Source of the DNA: Candidatus Daviesbacteria bacterium
GTDB taxonomy: Bacteria; Patescibacteriota; Microgenomatia; Daviesbacterales; UBA10151
Length of the DNA: 64,000 nucleotides
Assembly: GCA_028715175.1 (NCBI GenBank)
Contig: JAQUSJ010000001.1
Location: forward strand, 212,550-276,549
Direction of reading: 5' to 3'
Shown here: positions 26,632 through 36,947 of the stretch, in pieces
How positions within the stretch are numbered: position 1 is the first letter of the stretch
Layout of the letters: every line of letters begins with the position of its first letter
Made by a program: the position numbers and the translations under genes
The notes under the pieces: model-generated
Databases searched by the model: none
What the model was told of the DNA's origin: nothing
The model's input: the letters and a program-made list of their open reading frames with translations, nothing else

Positions 26632-27060
26632 ATGATTTCATTTAGTTTGTCAAACCGGTTGATTTTTGTTTTCAGCTTACTGGGTTTAAGTGTGGCTTCT
26701 TTTTTGTTTTATAAATACGGTTTAAACGAATCAGTGTTTTGCCCGATTGGCAAAGGGTGTGACATTGTTCGAACTAGTTCCTATTCCCATATTTTAGGTA
26801 TCCCGATTCCTTTTTTGGGGGTTGTCTACTACTTAACAATGGCGCTACTTTCAGTAGTGCACTCCCATCAGCTGCCACATAAGCTAGTGAGGAAATTACA
26901 ATTATTAGCTTCTACCTTTGCAGTAGGTTTTGGGGTGTATCTGACCTTTTTGGAAGTTTTTGTAATCAGAGCTTATTGTTTTTGGTGTTTAATGTCATTT
27001 ATAATATCGGTCGTGATTTTTTTGGCAATAGTTGTATCCCGCTATGAAATACGAAACTAA
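26632..27060 (+). CDS. VKOR-family disulfide-bond formation protein
   Basis: C...GC..V..S, GIP and CFWC motifs; 4 TM helices. Confidence 0.9.
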   Translation: MISFSLSNRLIFVFSLLGLSVASFLFYKYGLNESVFCPIGKGCDIVRTSSYSHILGIPIPFLGVVYYLTMALLSVVHSHQLPHKLVRKLQLLASTFAVGFGVYLTFLEVFVIRAYCFWCLMSFIISVVIFLAIVVSRYEIRN

Positions 27061-27670
27061 AATTTTAGGAGCCATTTTAATTATTACTGTTGTTATCCTT
27101 TTTGGCGGTATTTTCTTGCTCAGCAGAAACCAGGAGAATAATATTTTCCAGATCGATTATTCCAGGGGACAAAAAATTGGCAGTGATAGCGCCAAAGTAA
27201 GGATGGTAGAGTTTTCGGATTTTGAGTGTCTTGCCTGTAGCGCTGTTGAACCATATATTGTAAAGCTTCGGGCTGCGGATCCAAGTAAAATCCAGCTTAT
27301 TTATCGCCATTTTCCGCTTTCTCAGCATGCCCATTCCAGCCAGGCGGCAGCCTTGGCTGAGGCGGCCGGGGAGCAAGGCAAATTTTGGGAAATGCATGAC
27401 AAGCTTTTAGAGACTCAAGCGAAGTGGTCTTCTATGAACGATGCAACAGCTTTTTTTATGGATTTAGTGAAAGAGCTGGGGTTGGATGAAGATAAAATTA
27501 AGCAGACGATGGCAGGAAATGTTATAAAAGCGAAAATTGACAGCGATGTAGCTGAGGGAAACAGTTTGGGAATCAGTCAAACGCCAACCTTTTTTGTAAA
27601 CGGACGGAAACTTGATTTGCAAAAGTTTGAAGATTTAGATACTCTTGTAGAGCAAGAACTAAAGAAGTAA
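27044..27670 (+). CDS. DsbA-family oxidoreductase
   Basis: EFSDFECLAC, RHFPL and TPTFFVNG motifs. Confidence 0.92.
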   Translation: MKYETKILGAILIITVVILFGGIFLLSRNQENNIFQIDYSRGQKIGSDSAKVRMVEFSDFECLACSAVEPYIVKLRAADPSKIQLIYRHFPLSQHAHSSQAAALAEAAGEQGKFWEMHDKLLETQAKWSSMNDATAFFMDLVKELGLDEDKIKQTMAGNVIKAKIDSDVAEGNSLGISQTPTFFVNGRKLDLQKFEDLDTLVEQELKK

Positions 27671-27686
27671 GATAAAAATACCAGAA

Positions 27687-28499
27687 ATGAGCGATCTTTC
27701 TCCAATAAACAACATAATTAATCTTTCCGGAAAGGCAGCTGTGGTGACCGGAGGAGCTATGGGTATTGGTTTTGGAATAACTTACAGGCTGGCTGAGGCT
27801 GGGGCAAAAGTGATGATTGCCGATTTTAAGGAAGCAGAATCGCTGATAGCTGTCCGGAAATTAACGGAAAAAGGCTGGACGGCAAAATCTGTTAAAGTGG
27901 ATGTTTCAAATGAAGAAAATGTTAAAAAGATGGTTGCGGAAACCGTCAGTGCTTTTGGGAGTTTGGATATATTAGTTAATAATGCCGGAATTTACCCGAG
28001 TATGACTCTTTCGCAGATGAGTCTGGTTGATTTTGATAAGGTTTTGTCTGTGAACCTGAAAGGAGTTTTTCTATGCACAAAATATGTTTGCGAACAAATG
28101 ATAAAACAAGGAAAGGGAGGAAAGATAATTAACATTACTTCTATTGATGCGCTTCATCCTTCTTCCATAGGGCTAGCTCATTATGATGCTTCCAAACACG
28201 GAGTTTGGGGTTTTACCAAAAACGTGGCCCTGGAGTTGGCCTCCCACAAAATTTGGGTTAATGCTATTGCGCCGGGGGGGATTGCAACGCCGGGAGTACA
28301 GGTAATGCAAGGTAAAGCTCCTGTGCCGGCAGGCGTGGATATGTCTAAAATGCTGGAAGGTTTCCTGGCTAAAATTCCCATGCACAGGATGGGAGAGCCG
28401 GACGATATCGGCAAAGTTGCGCTGTTTTTGGCCTCAGACATGTCTTCCTATATGACCGGCAGCCAGATAGTGGTGGACGGCGGAGTTTTGCTTTCTTAA
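27687..28499 (+). CDS. Short-chain dehydrogenase/reductase
   Basis: TGGAMGIG, NNAG and YDASK motifs. Confidence 0.93.
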   Translation: MSDLSPINNIINLSGKAAVVTGGAMGIGFGITYRLAEAGAKVMIADFKEAESLIAVRKLTEKGWTAKSVKVDVSNEENVKKMVAETVSAFGSLDILVNNAGIYPSMTLSQMSLVDFDKVLSVNLKGVFLCTKYVCEQMIKQGKGGKIINITSIDALHPSSIGLAHYDASKHGVWGFTKNVALELASHKIWVNAIAPGGIATPGVQVMQGKAPVPAGVDMSKMLEGFLAKIPMHRMGEPDDIGKVALFLASDMSSYMTGSQIVVDGGVLLS

Positions 28500-28511
28500 A
28501 AATCCCTGGCA

Positions 28512-28558
28512 TTGACATGATTCCCCTATCTAATATATGATATCCCCTATGGGGGGAC
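28512..28558 (+). promoter_or_regulatory. Promoter with CsoR-type C/G-tract operator
   Basis: TTGACA-18-TATGAT overlapping TCCCCTAT and TCCCCTATGGGGGGA, just upstream of csoR. Confidence 0.75.
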
Positions 28559-28563
28559 TATGA

Positions 28564-28582
28564 TCCTTCGACAGACTCAGGA
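28564..28582 (+). repeat. REP-like element TCCTTCGACAGACTCAGGA
   Basis: Related sequence at 55199-55244. Confidence 0.6.
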
Positions 28583-28585
28583 CCT

Positions 28586-28858
28586 ATGACATACAGACCT
28601 AAAGATACGGAGGAACGCATATTGCATAGACTAAAGATTGTCAAAGGGCATCTGCAAAAGATTATCCAGATGGTTGAAGACGATCATTATTGTATTGATG
28701 TAATTCACCAATCCCAGGCTGTTCAGAGAGCTTTGGAAGAAACAGATGGCGTGCTTTTGGAAAATCACCTTAAGACTTGTGTTGTTGATCACATTAAAAA
28801 AGGCGAAGTAGAATCTTCCATAAAAGAAATTATGAATGTTTTTAAGAAAAGGAAATAA
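28586..28858 (+). CDS. csoR: CsoR-family metal-sensing repressor
   Basis: RLKIVKGH, YCIDV and HLKTC (C-H-C ligand set). Confidence 0.92.
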   Translation: MTYRPKDTEERILHRLKIVKGHLQKIIQMVEDDHYCIDVIHQSQAVQRALEETDGVLLENHLKTCVVDHIKKGEVESSIKEIMNVFKKRK

Positions 28859-28860
28859 TT

Positions 28861-29361
28861 ATGGTTGACAAAAAGATAATTATCGGTTTAATAGTTTTCA
28901 CCCTTCTTCTATTGGGTGGAGGGATCTATGTTTTAAGTATTTCCTCTGCTCCTGTTAAGATTACATCTTCGCAGAATGCCAAGGCAGCGGTTGATCAAAA
29001 AACTTTTGATTGGGGTAATATTCCGATCAATGGAGGCAATGTCACCAAGACTTTTACTATCAAAAATACAGGTACAGATGTATTGAAATTGATCGGAGTA
29101 AAAACTTCCTGTACTTGTACCAAAGCCCAAGTAGTAATAGATGGTAAAACCAGTCCTTATTTTAGTATGCACGCCACTTCTTCTTGGGTTGGTGAAGTAG
29201 CACCGGGTAAAGAAGCCCAACTGACAGTTATTTTTGATCCTGCTTTTCATGGTCCTACAGGAGTTGGACCTACGGAAAGATTAATATCCGTAGAGACAAA
29301 TGATATCCAAAATCCAAAATTAGAGTTTTCTTTGAAAGGGGTAGTGGTAAAGGATAAATGA
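28861..29361 (+). CDS. DUF1573-like Ig-fold membrane-anchored protein
   Basis: FTIKNTG...L.....TSCTCT motif. Confidence 0.8.
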   Translation: MVDKKIIIGLIVFTLLLLGGGIYVLSISSAPVKITSSQNAKAAVDQKTFDWGNIPINGGNVTKTFTIKNTGTDVLKLIGVKTSCTCTKAQVVIDGKTSPYFSMHATSSWVGEVAPGKEAQLTVIFDPAFHGPTGVGPTERLISVETNDIQNPKLEFSLKGVVVKDK

Positions 29362-30287
29362 AAAACTTTAAAAAAATTCTGATGAAAGCCGTACCTTTGT
29401 GGATGGTATTTATAATTGTTTTAAATTCCACTTTAGCTATGGGGTTACTGCAGTATTATTTGATGAAACAGGAACTAAATAGGAATATTGCTGCTCTTGC
29501 AAAAACCACTAAAAATCCGGAAGAATTAATTCAAATTCTAAAACAACAAGTTCTACCGCAAGATGGTTACAAAACTTCCTTAAAGTGGAAAGATTTGGGG
29601 AGAAAACTGGTTGAGGCAGGAGCTATCGACAAGGCCAAATTTGAAGCGAGTTTAGGTGCAGATGCCGATGGTAAGGCTGACATGAAATATATGGATGGTA
29701 GCTCAGAAGATAATGTCGTAATTAGCGAAAAGAATTCCCATTTTGTGGTTAATTTCTTTTGGGCGCTGGGTTTAGTAAATAAAAGCAAAGTTTTAGATGA
29801 AGGGCCAATGAAGGTGGGGGGTACTCCAACCGGAAATTTTGCCTCAACCGGAGGCTGGACACTGGGAGCAAAAGAACCGATGGAAATTTATTCCTCCGAG
29901 GAAATATTATCCCTTAATTCTTTCCAGAAAGATTTGGTGAAGAAAATAGCGGATAATGTGTTCCGGATTTGTTGTGGTAATGCCACCAGTTTTCCTGACT
30001 GCAATCATGGTATGGCGGCCTTAGGTTATATTGAATGGGCTGTTTATAATGGCCTTCCGGAAGATCAGATATACAAAGATCTTCTTGCCTTTAACTCATT
30101 TTGGTTTCCGCAAAATTATGTAGAAATGGCGGCATATTTTGACAAACAAGGTATTAAATGGAAAGATGTCGATCCTAAACTGGCGCTAAGTAAAGATTAT
30201 TCTTCAAATCAGGGTGCAGCCCGCATCAAGCAATCTATCCAAGGTGTGCCCGGACTGCAAATTCAAGGTGGAGGTTGCGGGGCATAG
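29358..30287 (+). CDS. Uncharacterised Cys/His-motif exported protein in the copper cluster
   Basis: N-terminal TM; ICCGN...PDCNHG; C-terminal GGGCGA. Confidence 0.8.
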   Translation: MKNFKKILMKAVPLWMVFIIVLNSTLAMGLLQYYLMKQELNRNIAALAKTTKNPEELIQILKQQVLPQDGYKTSLKWKDLGRKLVEAGAIDKAKFEASLGADADGKADMKYMDGSSEDNVVISEKNSHFVVNFFWALGLVNKSKVLDEGPMKVGGTPTGNFASTGGWTLGAKEPMEIYSSEEILSLNSFQKDLVKKIADNVFRICCGNATSFPDCNHGMAALGYIEWAVYNGLPEDQIYKDLLAFNSFWFPQNYVEMAAYFDKQGIKWKDVDPKLALSKDYSSNQGAARIKQSIQGVPGLQIQGGGCGA

Positions 30288-31124
30288 ATGGAAAATGTAT
30301 TGTTTCAGACTTCCCTTATTGCCGCGTTTGTGGCAGGAATGGTAGCTTTGTTTGCCCCTTGTTGCATCACCTTTTTACTCCCTGCATATTTAGGTAGTGT
30401 GTTTAAGGAAAAAGAGAAAGTGGTGCTGATGACTCTTGTGTTTGGGGCAGGGATCTTTGTGGTACTTTTACCTGCGGTTTTGGGAGTGGCTTTTATTTCT
30501 CACTTGTTATTCCGATATCATGACGTTATTTATATTTTAGGAGGGGTTATCATGTTAACGGTAGCAGCAACTACCTTTTTGGGTATTAAATTACCCATGC
30601 CTGGTTTAAATAGGTTTAATGTCGGGGGAAGAACTGATGTGGTTTCAATTTTTACATTAGGGATTATTTCCGGTATTACCAGCGCTTGTTGCGCCCCGGT
30701 TTTGATCGGTATTATGACTTTGACTCTTTTTTCACCAAGCTTTTTCGGAGCCTTTCTGATAGGTGGGATGTATGTACTGGGGATGATAATCCCATTGCTT
30801 TTGATTGCGGTTTTCCTTTCAGATAAGATGCCGAAATTTATTCTTCTGAAAAAACCAATTTGGATATTAGATATTTTGGGCAAATCTTATGCGGTGATTA
30901 TAAGTAATGCAGTAGCAGCGATTGTATTTTTAATCACCGGACTATTGGCTTTGGGGTTAACGATGACAGGGAGGTTGTCTGCGGAAAATATGGATGTATT
31001 TACCAAGAATATTACAAATGTCTTAAGTAATGTGAATAATGTGATAGGAGGCAACATATTACTGAATGTTCTTTTTGTAATTGCTTTAATAGGGTTTGTT
31101 TATTGGGTATCAAAAAAGGTTTAA
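30288..31124 (+). CDS. ccdA: CcdA/DsbD-like membrane thiol electron carrier
   Basis: FAPCC...LPAYL and SACCAPVL motifs; multiple TM helices. Confidence 0.85.
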   Translation: MENVLFQTSLIAAFVAGMVALFAPCCITFLLPAYLGSVFKEKEKVVLMTLVFGAGIFVVLLPAVLGVAFISHLLFRYHDVIYILGGVIMLTVAATTFLGIKLPMPGLNRFNVGGRTDVVSIFTLGIISGITSACCAPVLIGIMTLTLFSPSFFGAFLIGGMYVLGMIIPLLLIAVFLSDKMPKFILLKKPIWILDILGKSYAVIISNAVAAIVFLITGLLALGLTMTGRLSAENMDVFTKNITNVLSNVNNVIGGNILLNVLFVIALIGFVYWVSKKV

Positions 31125-31359
31125 AACATATTAATAGGAGATGATATTAAATGACAGGTTATGGCATAGGTATTTTGGGAATAATTTTTTGGATAGTTTA
31201 TTTTATTTGACCTGTCTGTAAGCCGAATTATTATGCCTCAAGAGGTTACAGCGGATGGAGTACGGATGAACGCAAAGAAAATGGATTACGAAAAGCAAAG
31301 CATATCGGCTTTTAGGACGCTTACAGACGGAAATTTGGGGTGCGAAGAGGGGAGTCTAA

Positions 31360-31677
31360 GTGGCAGTTGCAGTTGAAGTATTGGGGATAAGTTTTAAGGC
31401 TGGATCGACAAATAGATGTATGGGATGTCCATTTGCCGGTCTTTGTACACCTTGCCGACCACAAGGCACTAAAACAGATTCGATAATTAAAAGACCTAGT
31501 TTTGAAGGAGAGGCTAAGGAACTAACAGTTGATATGATTGCACCTTTAGGCAGTATCCCTTTTAGGTTAGAAGGAAGTGGAGGGCATCCAATAAGAAGTG
31601 AAAAAACTTGCTCTAAATGCGGTAAAGAAGTTTCCACCTGCTTACACTCGAAGGAGAATTTAGTAGGTGATGAATGA
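31360..31677 (+). CDS. Cys-rich hypothetical protein
   Basis: CMGCPFAGLCTPC and CSKC motifs; start uncertain. Confidence 0.45.
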   Translation: MAVAVEVLGISFKAGSTNRCMGCPFAGLCTPCRPQGTKTDSIIKRPSFEGEAKELTVDMIAPLGSIPFRLEGSGGHPIRSEKTCSKCGKEVSTCLHSKENLVGDE

Positions 31678-31798
31678 GGAATTTTTTGGAACTTATTGCG
31701 GAGGGGGTTGTGAAAATTGTCCGTATATCGACGAGGAAGGCAATCGTCGAAAAATAAATAACTACTTAAAAAGATAATTTTAAAAAGGGGGTGAGAAA

Positions 31799-32062
31799 AT
31801 GTTAAACGCAAAAGCTTTTGCCAATGCAGCTACAGCTGTAATGGCTGTGTATTATATAGTTTGTGCTTTGTTGTCATATTCTATGCCTGATTTAATTTTT
31901 GGTATTGCAAAGTCATGGATGCATTCAATAAGTATTGAATCACTTAAGGCGGCATCCGTGCCGGATATTGGATCGCTATTTTTGGGATTTGTGACTCTGG
32001 CAGGATTAACTTGGCTGACAACATATGGCACAATTTGGTTGTACAACCGTTGGGCAAGGTAA
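31799..32062 (+). CDS. Small two-TM protein (DUF5676-like)
   Basis: YIVCA, SWMH and WLYN motifs; G-rich SD-like sequence upstream. Confidence 0.75.
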   Translation: MLNAKAFANAATAVMAVYYIVCALLSYSMPDLIFGIAKSWMHSISIESLKAASVPDIGSLFLGFVTLAGLTWLTTYGTIWLYNRWAR

Positions 32063-32170
32063 TGGGTTTTGATAGGATATTTAAATGGAATTTATTTTAA
32101 CTTTACTACTAGTATTAGCGTGTCCTTTAATGATGTTATTTATGCACAGGGGAGGTGGACACAAACACAG

Positions 32171-32530
32171 ATGAGTACAGATAAGATTATAGTCACAGTA
32201 GCTGGACTTGCAGGGATAATTTTTATCTATTGGTTTTTCCTGATGAAGAAGGAGAAAGAGGTTAGTGTTGCCGGAGAAGTAGATATCACCGTTTCTGGCG
32301 GATATTCGCCGGAAGTTATTTCTATTCCTTTAGGGAAACCTACAAAAATAAATTTTATCAGAACTGACCCGACTGAGTGTTTATCCGAAGTGGTATTGCC
32401 GGATTTTAAAATTAAAAAACAACTGCCATTAAATCAAAAAGTAACTGTAGAAATAACTCCGAAAGAAAAAGGAGAGTTTGGTTATGCTTGTGGTATGAAC
32501 ATGTATCACGGAAAGATAATAGTCAAATGA
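32171..32530 (+). CDS. Membrane-anchored cupredoxin-domain protein (CupA-like)
   Basis: GGYSP, C.SEV and CGMNMYHG motifs. Confidence 0.88.
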   Translation: MSTDKIIVTVAGLAGIIFIYWFFLMKKEKEVSVAGEVDITVSGGYSPEVISIPLGKPTKINFIRTDPTECLSEVVLPDFKIKKQLPLNQKVTVEITPKEKGEFGYACGMNMYHGKIIVK

Positions 32531-34728
32531 CAGAAGTTAAAAAAACTTTTCCGATCAAAGGAATGCATTGCGCTTCTTGTGTGCGGGTAATTGAGAAATC
32601 GCTGTCAGAGCTACAGGGAGTTTCCAGTGCAGCAGTCAATCTGGTAACAGAAAAAGCGAGTATCGTTTATGATCCGAGTCGAGCGAGCGACCAGGATTTG
32701 GCATCGGCTGTTGCAAACGTAGGATATAAAGCGGTTTTAGAGCAGAAGCTTATGAACAAAGATGAACAAAAACAGGAAAAGCAAAAAGAGCTTAAAAGTC
32801 TAAGGAACAAGGTGATGTTCTCTTTGATTTTAGGTACCTTTATTGTCTGGGGATCTTTTCCGGGACTGATGGAATTTGCGCCCGTGTTTTTACGAAATAA
32901 TTTGGTACAGTTTCTTTTGGCTATCCCTGTACAATTTTGGGCAGGACTGACATTTTATAGGGCGGCAATTCCGGCTATAAAGCATCGTACAGCCAATATG
33001 GATACTTTAGTTGCACTGGGTACCTCTGTTGCTTTTTCCTACTCCGCATTTGTGACAGCGTTCCCTCAAGTTATGCAAAGTATCGGGATCGAACCGGCAA
33101 CTTATTTTGATGTTTCAACGATTATTATTGGCTTGATACTCCTAGGACGCTACTTTGAAGCCAAAGCCAAGGCAGGCACGTCTGAAGCGATAAAGCGGTT
33201 GATCGGATTGCAGGCAAAAACGGCCAGGGTAGTAAAGAACGGTCAGGAAGTTGATATCCCAATTTCACAAGTTTCAGTTGGTATGGTTATCAGGGTTAGG
33301 CCGGGAGAAAAGATTCCGGTTGACGGGAAAATTCTGGAAGGAGGGAGTTCTATTGACGAGTCAATGGTAACAGGTGAAAGTATGCCTGTTGACAGAACAA
33401 AAGGAGACAGCGTGGTAGGGGCAACAATCAATAAAACCGGTACGTTTACTTTTAAAGCCACTAAAATCGGCAAAGATACACTGTTGTCGCAAATTATCAA
33501 ACTGGTGGAAGAAGCCCAAAGCTCTAAAGCTCCAATACAGCGGTTGTCAGATTTAATTTCCTCGTATTTTGTGCCGGCGGTAATAATGCTGGCAATTTTA
33601 ACTTTTGTAATCTGGTATATCTTCGGGCCTGTCCCGAGTTTTCTTTTTGCCATGTTAAATATGGTGGCGGTTTTGATTATTGCCTGTCCTTGCGCCATGG
33701 GGCTGGCTACTCCTACAGCTATAATGGTGGGGACAGGATTGGGGGCGAGTAAAGGAATCCTAATTAAAGACGCATCCAGTTTAGAAACTGCCCATAAAAT
33801 TGATACGGTAATTTTTGACAAAACCGGAACCCTTACTTACGGGAAACCGACTGTAACGGATATCGTGGGTGATGTTTTACAGCTGGCTGCATCTTTAGAA
33901 AAAGGATCAGAACATTCTCTAGCAGAGGCAATCGTCAGAAAAGGGGAAGAAAAAAAGGTCAGGTTTTTGAAAGTAACCGGGTTTAAGGCGATCCCCGGGT
34001 ATGGGGTGAAAGGCAAAGTGGAGGGGAAACTGGTGGTTTTTGGCAACAGGAGGTTAATGGAAAAAGAGAATATTACGTTTGCAAGGCTAGACCTTGCAAA
34101 GCTGGAGGAGGAGGGAAAGACTGTAATGATGTTGGGAGTAAACTCTAAATTTAGAGGTTTAATTGCGGTGGCAGATACTTTAAAAGATACTGCAAAAGAC
34201 GCTGTCGGGAAATTGCGAAAACTGGGCATAGAAGTGATTATGATCACAGGAGACAACCAAAGAACGGCACATGCTATTGCATCTAAAGCGGGTATAAAAA
34301 CTGTGTTGGCAGAAGTGTTGCCTGATGAAAAAGAAAAAGAAGTCAAAAGACTGCAAGCTGAAGGGAAAAAAGTGGCTTTTGTGGGAGATGGGATCAATGA
34401 CGCCCCGGCCTTGGCACAAGCGGATGTGGGAATTGCTATGGGAGCTGGGACTGATGTGGCTATAGAATCAAGCAATATTACTCTGGTTAATAAGGATTTG
34501 CGTTCAATAGCCACAGCCATCAATTTATCAAAAAAGACTATGAGGACTATCAAGCTTAATCTTTTTTGGGCTTTTGGTTATAATGTAATTTTAATCCCGG
34601 TAGCCATGGGAGTTTTGTATCCTTTTTTCCATATCTTATTGAATCCGATTTTTGCTTCGGCAGCGATGGCTTTAAGTTCAATATCGGTTGTGAGTAATTC
34701 GCTATTTTTGAAAAAGGCGAAAATCTGA
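32527..34728 (+). CDS. copA: Cu(I)-translocating P1B ATPase
   Basis: GMHCASC, TGES, CPC, DKTGT, GDGIND, YN and MALSS motifs. Confidence 0.96.
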   Translation: MTEVKKTFPIKGMHCASCVRVIEKSLSELQGVSSAAVNLVTEKASIVYDPSRASDQDLASAVANVGYKAVLEQKLMNKDEQKQEKQKELKSLRNKVMFSLILGTFIVWGSFPGLMEFAPVFLRNNLVQFLLAIPVQFWAGLTFYRAAIPAIKHRTANMDTLVALGTSVAFSYSAFVTAFPQVMQSIGIEPATYFDVSTIIIGLILLGRYFEAKAKAGTSEAIKRLIGLQAKTARVVKNGQEVDIPISQVSVGMVIRVRPGEKIPVDGKILEGGSSIDESMVTGESMPVDRTKGDSVVGATINKTGTFTFKATKIGKDTLLSQIIKLVEEAQSSKAPIQRLSDLISSYFVPAVIMLAILTFVIWYIFGPVPSFLFAMLNMVAVLIIACPCAMGLATPTAIMVGTGLGASKGILIKDASSLETAHKIDTVIFDKTGTLTYGKPTVTDIVGDVLQLAASLEKGSEHSLAEAIVRKGEEKKVRFLKVTGFKAIPGYGVKGKVEGKLVVFGNRRLMEKENITFARLDLAKLEEEGKTVMMLGVNSKFRGLIAVADTLKDTAKDAVGKLRKLGIEVIMITGDNQRTAHAIASKAGIKTVLAEVLPDEKEKEVKRLQAEGKKVAFVGDGINDAPALAQADVGIAMGAGTDVAIESSNITLVNKDLRSIATAINLSKKTMRTIKLNLFWAFGYNVILIPVAMGVLYPFFHILLNPIFASAAMALSSISVVSNSLFLKKAKI

Positions 34729-35708
34729 TGGATTTAATAACGATATTTTTTATTGGTTTAACAGCCGGAGGGTTAGGGTGTGTGGCAGTCCAGGGAGGGC
34801 TTTTAGCCTCGGCTGTTACTGCCAGAAAAGAACTGGACCAAAAAGATAAAAATGATATTATCCCGACTTTATCGTTTCTTTCGGCAAAACTTGTAAGTCA
34901 CGCTATTTTAGGGGGAGCTTTGGGGCTTTTTGGGGCTGCTTTGTCTATCTCCAATAATGTTAGGACTACTGTGCAAATTATTGCCGGCATTTATATGATT
35001 ATAGTTGCCTTAGATTTATTGAATGTTCACCCAATTTTCCGCTATTTTATTATCCAGCCTCCAAGGTTTTTAACCAAAATGGTGAGAAATAGATCAAGAA
35101 GCGCTGATATTTTTGCACCGGCCATTTTAGGGACAATGACAATTTTTATCCCATGCGGGACGACTTTGGCAATGGAGGCTTTAGCTATTTCTTCAGGATC
35201 TGCTGTAAAAGGCTCATTGATTTTAATTGCTTTTGTATTGGGTATCTCCCCGATCTTTTTTGGTTTAGGTTATATTACTGCCAAATTAAGCGATAATTTC
35301 AGGCAGACTTTTTTTAAAATCGCCGCTTTTATCATTATTTTTGTAGGACTTGCCACGATCAATAATACTTTGGGGGCGGCAGGATTTCCAATAATAACCA
35401 TTGATTTAGGCGGTAGAGAGCTCCAAACGAGGAATATTGCAGCCAGCCAGGAATACCAGATCCAAATTTCAGGCAGTGGTTATAGCCCGAATTATTTAAA
35501 AGTTAAAAAAGGATTGCCTGTTAAAATTACTCTTATTTCAAACAATACTTATGGTTGTGCTTTGGCTTTTAGGATTCCTTCTTTGGGGATTTCCAAAAAT
35601 TTAAAACCAACAGATTCCCAAACTTTTGAATTTACACCAACTGAAATTGGGCAAATAACGTTTAGCTGTTCAATGGGCATGTACCGCGGAATTATTGAGG
35701 TGATTTAG
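34728..35708 (+). CDS. DsbD_2/sulfite-exporter-like membrane protein fused to a cupredoxin
   Basis: CVAVQGG, IPCG and C-terminal CSMGMYRG motifs. Confidence 0.85.
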   Translation: MDLITIFFIGLTAGGLGCVAVQGGLLASAVTARKELDQKDKNDIIPTLSFLSAKLVSHAILGGALGLFGAALSISNNVRTTVQIIAGIYMIIVALDLLNVHPIFRYFIIQPPRFLTKMVRNRSRSADIFAPAILGTMTIFIPCGTTLAMEALAISSGSAVKGSLILIAFVLGISPIFFGLGYITAKLSDNFRQTFFKIAAFIIIFVGLATINNTLGAAGFPIITIDLGGRELQTRNIAASQEYQIQISGSGYSPNYLKVKKGLPVKITLISNNTYGCALAFRIPSLGISKNLKPTDSQTFEFTPTEIGQITFSCSMGMYRGIIEVI

Positions 35709-35927
35709 ATGACTAAAAAGAAATTTAAAATAATAGGCATGCATTGTACATCTTGTGCCATGACCATTGATATGGATTTAGAGGATTTGCCTGGGGTAAA
35801 AATGGCTCAGACAAACTACGCTCGCCAAACCACTGAAGTAGAATTTGATCCTAAAAGAGCGACAGATAGTTTAATTCTGGAAACTATTAAAAAATCAGGA
35901 TATACTGCAGTTCCCCTTGAAACTTAA
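35709..35927 (+). CDS. copZ: Copper chaperone (HMA domain)
   Basis: GMHCTSC motif. Confidence 0.9.
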   Translation: MTKKKFKIIGMHCTSCAMTIDMDLEDLPGVKMAQTNYARQTTEVEFDPKRATDSLILETIKKSGYTAVPLET

Positions 35928-35951
35928 TACCAAATACATAATACTTAATAC

Positions 35952-36935
35952 ATGTTCGACTTAATCTCCATCGGGGATGCCAGGATTGACAATTTTGTTC
36001 ACTTGCCGAAGGCTCATATAAGTTGTACTTTGAACAGGGAAAACTGCGAAATTTGTTTGAATTACGGGGATAAAATTCCGGTAGACGAGATGCGGTGTTT
36101 GCCTGCAGGAAATAATAACAATAATGCTGTGGGCGCAGCCAGATTGAAGATGAAAACAGCCCTTTACGGCAATATTGGCGGCGACGGCAACGGCAGAATG
36201 ATTCTGGATCATTTAAGAAAAGAAGGTGTTGTCACGCGCTACGTGATTGTAAACAAAGATGTGCCGACAGAGCAATCGATAGTTTTAACATACCAGGGCG
36301 AGCGGACGATTTTAGTTTATCATTATCCCTGGGATTATAATTTGCCTGATTTGGAGCGGGCCAGATGGGTCTATTTTAGTTCCGTGTCTTATTCATACAC
36401 CAAGACCTCTTTAATTTCTCAAATTGAAAGCTATATAGAAAGAACCGGAGCGAATTTGGCTTTCGGTCCCGGAACAAATCAATTAAAAGACGGGGTCAAA
36501 AAATATCCGAAATTGCTTTCTTTGACCAAAGTTTTTATCCTGAATAAGGAAGAAGCCAAAAAAGTTTTGGAAATTCCGGAGGAGAAAAAAGCGGACATCA
36601 AGAAGTTGCTTATTGGTTTGGCGGATTTAGGTCCGGAGATGGTGGTAATTACCGATGGAGAGGATGGGTCATACGGATTTGATGGAGATAAATTCTACAA
36701 AATCGGGATTTTTCCGGCAAATTTAGTGGAGATGACCGGAGCAGGCGACGCGTATTCGACAGGTTTTCTGGCAGGTCTTTTTCATGGAAATAGTTTAGCG
36801 CAGGCAATGCGGTGGGGTGCGGCAAACGGGGCATCAGTTGTGGAACAAACCGGCGCGCAAACAGGACTTTTGAGCTTGCATCAAATGCAGGAGAAATTAA
36901 AGATGAATCCTAAAATTATTGCAAAAGAAATATAG
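35952..36935 (+). CDS. PfkB-family carbohydrate kinase
   Basis: LNKEEA and TGAGDAY motifs. Confidence 0.92.
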   Translation: MFDLISIGDARIDNFVHLPKAHISCTLNRENCEICLNYGDKIPVDEMRCLPAGNNNNNAVGAARLKMKTALYGNIGGDGNGRMILDHLRKEGVVTRYVIVNKDVPTEQSIVLTYQGERTILVYHYPWDYNLPDLERARWVYFSSVSYSYTKTSLISQIESYIERTGANLAFGPGTNQLKDGVKKYPKLLSLTKVFILNKEEAKKVLEIPEEKKADIKKLLIGLADLGPEMVVITDGEDGSYGFDGDKFYKIGIFPANLVEMTGAGDAYSTGFLAGLFHGNSLAQAMRWGAANGASVVEQTGAQTGLLSLHQMQEKLKMNPKIIAKEI

Positions 36936-36947
36936 CGTAGCCGGTTT

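Noticed and set aside
33243-34553. Long antisense ORFs over copA, and similar ones over nrdJ, lon, secF and others
   Set aside because: Shadow frames of well-conserved genes with no motifs of their own.
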